Shown: positions 28,020 to 32,000 of the stretch, piece by piece
How positions within the stretch are numbered: the first letter of the stretch is position 1
Layout: each line of letters begins with the position of its first letter
From: Kineococcus radiotolerans SRS30216 = ATCC BAA-149
GTDB taxonomy: Bacteria > Actinomycetota > Actinomycetes > Actinomycetales > Kineococcaceae
Assembly (NCBI RefSeq): GCF_000017305.1
Contig: NC_009664.2
Location: 930,001 to 962,000 of the forward strand
DNA length: 32,000 nt
Direction: 5' to 3'
Translations under genes and position numbers: made by a program
Notes under the pieces: generated by a model
What the model was told of the DNA's origin: nothing
The model's input: only the letters and a program-made list of their open reading frames with translations
The model's database searches: none

Positions 28020-29408
28020 TCAGACGGGCCGGCGCAGGGTGCGCAGCGGCGGCCCGTGCAGCGGGGTGGTCGCCCACGTGCCGCGGAACTCCCCGCCGCG
28101 CAGGGTCAGGTGCAGGCGGTGCGGGGTTTCCAGGAACACGACCTCCAGGCCGCCCGCGCCGGCGCTGACAGCCAGGGGCCCGGTCACCGCCCACTCCCCC
28201 GCGCCGACCGCCGCGCGCAGCTCGTCGCCGGAGTCGTGCAGCACGACCTCGCCGCCCTCGACCACCACCCGCGTCAGCGAGGCGGGCTCGCTGCCGGCGG
28301 CGGCGGTGAACTCCCCCACCGGCAGGTCCCCCGCCGCGGCGGGCGGCAGGGCGAGCTGCGACAACCGCTGCGCCAGTTCGGCTTCGGCCGGGCCGGGGTC
28401 GGCCGGCAGCTCGGGATCGCCCAGCGCGGGCAGCAGGTGCTCCCACGCCGCGTCCAGGACGGCCTGCATGTCCGGGCTCTGCGAGGTGACCGCCACGACG
28501 GCGTCCTGCTCGGGCAGGACCACGCAGAACTGGCCGTAGGCGCCGTCGCCGCGGTAGCCGTGGCGGGCCACCCAGAACTGGAACCCGTAGCCCTGCTGCC
28601 AGTCGGGGTTGTCGTTGAACGAGGCGTTGTCGACGTGGGAGCGGGTGGCCTCCTCGACCCAGGCCTCCGGCAGCAGCCGTTCCCCGTTCCAGACCCCGCG
28701 CTGCAGGTACAGCTGCCCCAGCTTCGCGACGGCCTCGGTGGGGGCGTGGAAGCCGGACCACCCCAGCTCGCGGTCCTGCCCGTCGCGCAGCCAGCCGATG
28801 TCGCCGGCGTCGATCCCCAGCGGGTCGAGCAGGCGCGGGCGCAGGTACTCCAGCAGCCCCTGGCCGGACCGCCGCTGGACGATCGCCGAGAGGGCGAAGG
28901 TGCAGGGCTGGTTGTAGCAGAACAGGGTGCCGGGTTCCGCGTCGGGACGGAGCTGCAGGAAACCCCGCACGACGTCGCCCGAGGGGTGCTCCAGGGCCCG
29001 GCCGAGGGTCTCCTCGCGGTGCCCGCTGGCCATGGCCGCCACGTGGCGGACGAGGATGCGCCGGGCCCGGTCGTCGGTCACCTCGGCGTCGAACTCGGGG
29101 AAGTACGACACCACCGTCGCGTCGAGGTCCACCAGACCCTCCTCGACCGCGAACCCCAGCGCGGTCGAGGTGAAGCTCTTGCTGAGGGAGTAGAGCAGGT
29201 GCGGGCGCTGCGGCGCGTAGGGCGCCCACCACCCCTCGGCGACGACGGCCCCGTGGCGCAGGACCTGCACGCTGTGGGGTTCGACGTCCGGGGCGGCCTC
29301 CAGGGCGTCGAGGAACGCGGAGATCCCGCGGGCGTCGACCCCCTGGGCCGAGGGGCTCGTCCGGGGCAGCGGGCCGGGGACGGGGGACGGGGTGGCTTCG
29401 GTGCTCAC
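28020..29408 (-). CDS. beta-lactamase-fold serine hydrolase (class C/esterase/aminopeptidase-like)
   Basis: SxxK nucleophile motif in LLYSLSKSFTSTALG. The GYGFQFW motif and a roughly 460-aa length fit the 'serine hydrolase domain-containing protein' family. I prefer the GTG at 29408 as the start (VSTEATPSP...). The track start at 29513 adds an Arg/Gly-rich stretch. Confidence 0.8.
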   Translation of the reverse strand: MSTEATPSPVPGPLPRTSPSAQGVDARGISAFLDALEAAPDVEPHSVQVLRHGAVVAEGWWAPYAPQRPHLLYSLSKSFTSTALGFAVEEGLVDLDATVVSYFPEFDAEVTDDRARRILVRHVAAMASGHREETLGRALEHPSGDVVRGFLQLRPDAEPGTLFCYNQPCTFALSAIVQRRSGQGLLEYLRPRLLDPLGIDAGDIGWLRDGQDRELGWSGFHAPTEAVAKLGQLYLQRGVWNGERLLPEAWVEEATRSHVDNASFNDNPDWQQGYGFQFWVARHGYRGDGAYGQFCVVLPEQDAVVAVTSQSPDMQAVLDAAWEHLLPALGDPELPADPGPAEAELAQRLSQLALPPAAAGDLPVGEFTAAAGSEPASLTRVVVEGGEVVLHDSGDELRAAVGAGEWAVTGPLAVSAGAGGLEVVFLETPHRLHLTLRGGEFRGTWATTPLHGPPLRTLRRPV

Positions 29409-29610
29409 GGCGACGACTCTAGGCCCCGGGCGTCCCCTCCCCCGGGACCCGGGGACGGGCGGGAAACGGGTTGCGGTCCCGGCCCGGCGGGCGCACGATC
29501 GCCGGGTCCCCACCCCCGACCCCGGGAGCGACCGCGGTGCTCAGCTGACGTGCCCGAACCCCCCGACCCGCCGCCCCGCGCGGGTCCCCGGCGCACGTCC
29601 TGGAGCTCCC

Positions 29611-31266
29611 GTGACCGCAGACGCCCCCACCCCCGCAGGCACCCCCACCACCGCCACGACCCTCGCCCTGCGCGGGGTCACCAAGAGCTACGACCACGTG
29701 GTCGTCCTCGACGCGGTGACGCTCACCCTCCTCCCCGGCGCCGTCACCGGCGTCGTCGGCGAGAACGGCTGCGGCAAGTCGACGCTGCTGCGCGTGCTCG
29801 CCGGGACCGAACCCGTCGACGCCGGCCGGGTCGTCGCGACCGCCGACGGCGGGATCGGGTACCTCCCCCAGGACGCCGGCGCCCCCTCGCGGGCCACCGT
29901 GGGCGAGGTCGTCGACGCGGCCCTGGCCGGCCTGCGCGCCCGGGAGCGGCGGCTGCGGGAGCTCGAGGGGCTCATGGCCGCGGGCGGGGACCTCGAGGAC
30001 GTGCTCGCCGAGTACGGCGAGGCGCAGACCGCCTTCGAGCTGCGCGGCGGCTACGGCGCCGACGTCCGGGTCGAGCGGTCGCTGGCCGGGCTGGGGCTGG
30101 CGTCCCTGGACCGTTCCCGGCCGCTGCGGACGCTCTCCGGGGGGCAGCGCTCCCGCCTGCACCTGGCGGCGCTGCTGGCCGCCGCCCCCGAGGTCCTGCT
30201 GCTGGACGAGCCCACGAACCACCTCGACGAGGACGCCGCGCACTGGCTGGAGGAGCACCTGCGCACCCGCACCGGCACGACCGTCGTGGTCTCCCACGAC
30301 CGGGAGTTCCTCGACGCCGCCGCCCGCGAGCTCGTCGAGGTCGACCCCCGCCACGAGGGCGGCGTCGCCCGCTACCCCGGCCGGTACGCGGACTTCCTGC
30401 GCGCCAAGGCCGCCGAGCGGCGCCGCTGGGAGCAGGACCGCGCCGAGTGGGAGAGCGCCGTCGAGCGGCTGAGCACCACGGGGGACGCGGTGGCGCGCAC
30501 CGTGTCCCACCACCGGGAGCGCCGCGACGGGGACAAGGTGCAGTACGACTTCAAGGGCGGGCGGGTGCAGGAGTCGATCGCCTCCCGGGTCCGGGCGAAC
30601 GCCGAGAAGCTGCGCCGGCTGCGCGAGGACGAGGTCCCCCGGCCCCCGGATCCGCTGCGGTTCACCCCGCCCCCGGGGTCGGGCTCGCGGCACGGGTGGG
30701 TGCGGGCCGAGGGCGTCTCGGTGCCGGGCCGGCTGGGACCGGTCGACGTCGAGGTCGCCGGCGGCGACCGGTTGCTCGTCACCGGACCCAACGGCAGCGG
30801 GAAGTCCACGCTGCTCGACGTCCTCGCGGGGGTCCTGGAACCCGCCACCGGCGCGGTGCGGCGCCGGGGGCGCGTCGGGCTGCTGCGCCAGGACCCCGAC
30901 GACACCGGACCCGACCGCTCGGTGGCGGCCACCTTCGCCACCGGCCGGGCGGGCACCCCCGAGGAACTCGTCCACCGGCTGCTGGGCACCGGGTTGTTCC
31001 ACCCGGAGCAGCTGACGACCGCGGTCCGCAAGCTGTCGACCGGGGGCCGGCGCCGCCTCGACCTGGCGCGGCTGCTGGCCGACCACCACGACGTCCTGCT
31101 GCTGGACGAACCCACCAACCACCTCGCCCCGCAGCTGGTCGAGGAGCTCGAGGCGGCCGTCGACGCCTTCCCCGGGGCCGTCGTCGTCGTCAGCCACGAC
31201 CGCCGGTTCCGGCGCAGGTTCCGCGGGGACGTCCTGGACCTGGGGGACGTCCCCGCCCGGTCCTAG
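29611..31266 (+). CDS. ABC-F family ATPase (two tandem ABC domains, no membrane domain)
   Basis: NBD1: GENGCGKST, LSGGQRSRLHLAALLA, LLLDEPTNHLD. NBD2: GPNGSGKST, LSTGGRRRLDLARLLA, LLLDEPTNHL. A charged interdomain linker separates them (...AAERRRWEQDRAEWESAVERL...). The start is GTG 29611, with GGAG 5 nt upstream. Confidence 0.9.
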   Translation: MTADAPTPAGTPTTATTLALRGVTKSYDHVVVLDAVTLTLLPGAVTGVVGENGCGKSTLLRVLAGTEPVDAGRVVATADGGIGYLPQDAGAPSRATVGEVVDAALAGLRARERRLRELEGLMAAGGDLEDVLAEYGEAQTAFELRGGYGADVRVERSLAGLGLASLDRSRPLRTLSGGQRSRLHLAALLAAAPEVLLLDEPTNHLDEDAAHWLEEHLRTRTGTTVVVSHDREFLDAAARELVEVDPRHEGGVARYPGRYADFLRAKAAERRRWEQDRAEWESAVERLSTTGDAVARTVSHHRERRDGDKVQYDFKGGRVQESIASRVRANAEKLRRLREDEVPRPPDPLRFTPPPGSGSRHGWVRAEGVSVPGRLGPVDVEVAGGDRLLVTGPNGSGKSTLLDVLAGVLEPATGAVRRRGRVGLLRQDPDDTGPDRSVAATFATGRAGTPEELVHRLLGTGLFHPEQLTTAVRKLSTGGRRRLDLARLLADHHDVLLLDEPTNHLAPQLVEELEAAVDAFPGAVVVVSHDRRFRRRFRGDVLDLGDVPARS

Positions 31267-32000
31267 AAGAGGGCGCGGGTCAGCGCCGCACGGGCCTTCA
31301 CGACCCGCGGGTCACCGGTCCCGACGACGGTGAACAGCTCCAGCAGGTGCGTGCGGGCCAGGTCGCGGTCCTCCCCCGCCGTGCGCTGGACGATCCCCAG
31401 CAGCCGCGCGAAGGCGTCCTCGACGTGACCCCCGACGAGGTCGAGGTCGGCGACCACCAGCTGCGCGGCGACGTCGTCGGGCGCCGCGGCGGCCGCGGCC
31501 CGCGCGGTGGCCAGGTCCACGCCGTGCACCCGGCGCAGCACCCCGACCCGGGCCAGGCCCTCGGTCGCGGCGGCGTCGCGCGGGTCGCCGGCCAGCGCCT
31601 TCTGCCACGCCGCGGCGGCGGCGTCGTAGTCGCCCTCGCCCAGGGCGGCCAGGGCCTCCGCGTGCAGCGGCGGGACCGCGGGCTCCTCGTCGGCGACCTC
31701 GCCCGGCGCGCCCTCCACCCGGCCGGTCACCCCGTTGGCCGCGGCGACCTTCAGGACCTCCTCCAGCACCGGGCGGATCTCCTCCGCGGTGGGGTAGGAA
31801 CCGGTGAACAGCGGGATGGGCTGGCCCTTGACGATGGCCGCGACGAGCGGGATGGCCCTGGCCTGCAACGACTGCACGAGGGACTGGGCGAGCTGGGGTT
31901 CGGCCTGGGCGTCCACGCGCCCGAGCAGGAACGTCCCCGCGTACTCGTCGGCGAGGGCCTGCAGGGCCTCGGCGCCCTGGTCGTAGCCCTCGGCCCACAG
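31263..32000 (-). CDS. YbbN/CnoX-like thioredoxin-domain plus TPR co-chaperone family protein (5' end outside the window)
   Basis: The frame is open to nt 32000 (LWAEGYDQGAEALQALADEYAGTFLLGRVDAQAEPQLAQSLQARAIPLV... is thioredoxin-fold-like, and no CxxC lies in the visible part). It is followed by a TPR-like C-terminus (GDYDAAAAAWQKALAGDPRD...ELFTVVGTGDPRVVKARAALTRALF). Its stop overlaps the ABC-F stop (CTAG). Confidence 0.7.
   Translation of the reverse strand: MWAEGYDQGAEALQALADEYAGTFLLGRVDAQAEPQLAQSLVQSLQARAIPLVAAIVKGQPIPLFTGSYPTAEEIRPVLEEVLKVAAANGVTGRVEGAPGEVADEEPAVPPLHAEALAALGEGDYDAAAAAWQKALAGDPRDAAATEGLARVGVLRRVHGVDLATARAAAAAAPDDVAAQLVVADLDLVGGHVEDAFARLLGIVQRTAGEDRDLARTHLLELFTVVGTGDPRVVKARAALTRALF

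Noticed and set aside
24584-28168. 1194-aa plus-strand ORF, and the 737-aa minus-strand ORF 25545..27758, covering the LacI / HAL-like-2 region
   Set aside because: Both are low-complexity shadow frames. The real genes here (amidohydrolase, LacI-family regulator, HAL-like-2) are identified by specific motifs in other frames.
29537-29548. SD-preceded 3-codon mini-ORF (GTG CTC AGC TGA) upstream of the ABC-F gene, considered as a possible attenuator leader peptide
   Set aside because: It is far too short and GC-context-prone to support. I could not define a convincing terminator/antiterminator pair, so it is noted only for anyone who maps the 5' UTR.

Overview
This is a very GC-rich window (about 70-75% by eye), typical of an actinobacterial chromosome. 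It is densely packed with 24 supportable protein-coding genes, and I saw no rRNA, tRNA, CRISPR array or IS/transposase signature. Many genes in the same operon are translationally coupled through ATGA, GTGA or TGATG overlaps. Many real starts are GTG or TTG, although the ORF track shows them as M. Because of the GC content, the track also contains very long antisense or read-through 'shadow' ORFs, which I rejected.

Layout, left to right:
(1) The 3' part of glgX.
(2) A minus-strand NitT/TauT-type ABC importer (binding protein, ATPase, two permeases), divergent from an NtaA/DszA-type flavin (LLM) monooxygenase.
(3) A TetR regulator placed head-to-head with an adenosine deaminase.
(4) The classical GlgE alpha-glucan cluster: glgP divergent from glgE-treS-pep2-glgB.
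(5) A minus-strand OpuC/ProU-type quaternary-amine (betaine) ABC importer.
(6) The most interesting region, about 22.3-29.4 kb. It is a LacI-controlled cluster holding two divergent histidine-ammonia-lyase-family paralogues, and both lack the Ala-Ser-Gly triad that forms the MIO cofactor. It also holds a cysteine-dioxygenase-like cupin translationally coupled to an Amidohydro_2 enzyme, and a beta-lactamase-fold serine hydrolase coupled to the second lyase paralogue. I propose this, together with the adjacent betaine-type importer, as an uncharacterised catabolic system, possibly for an amino-acid betaine or thiol-histidine-type compound. That proposal is inference, not demonstration.
(7) An ABC-F ATPase.
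(8) The 3' part of a YbbN-like thioredoxin/TPR protein.
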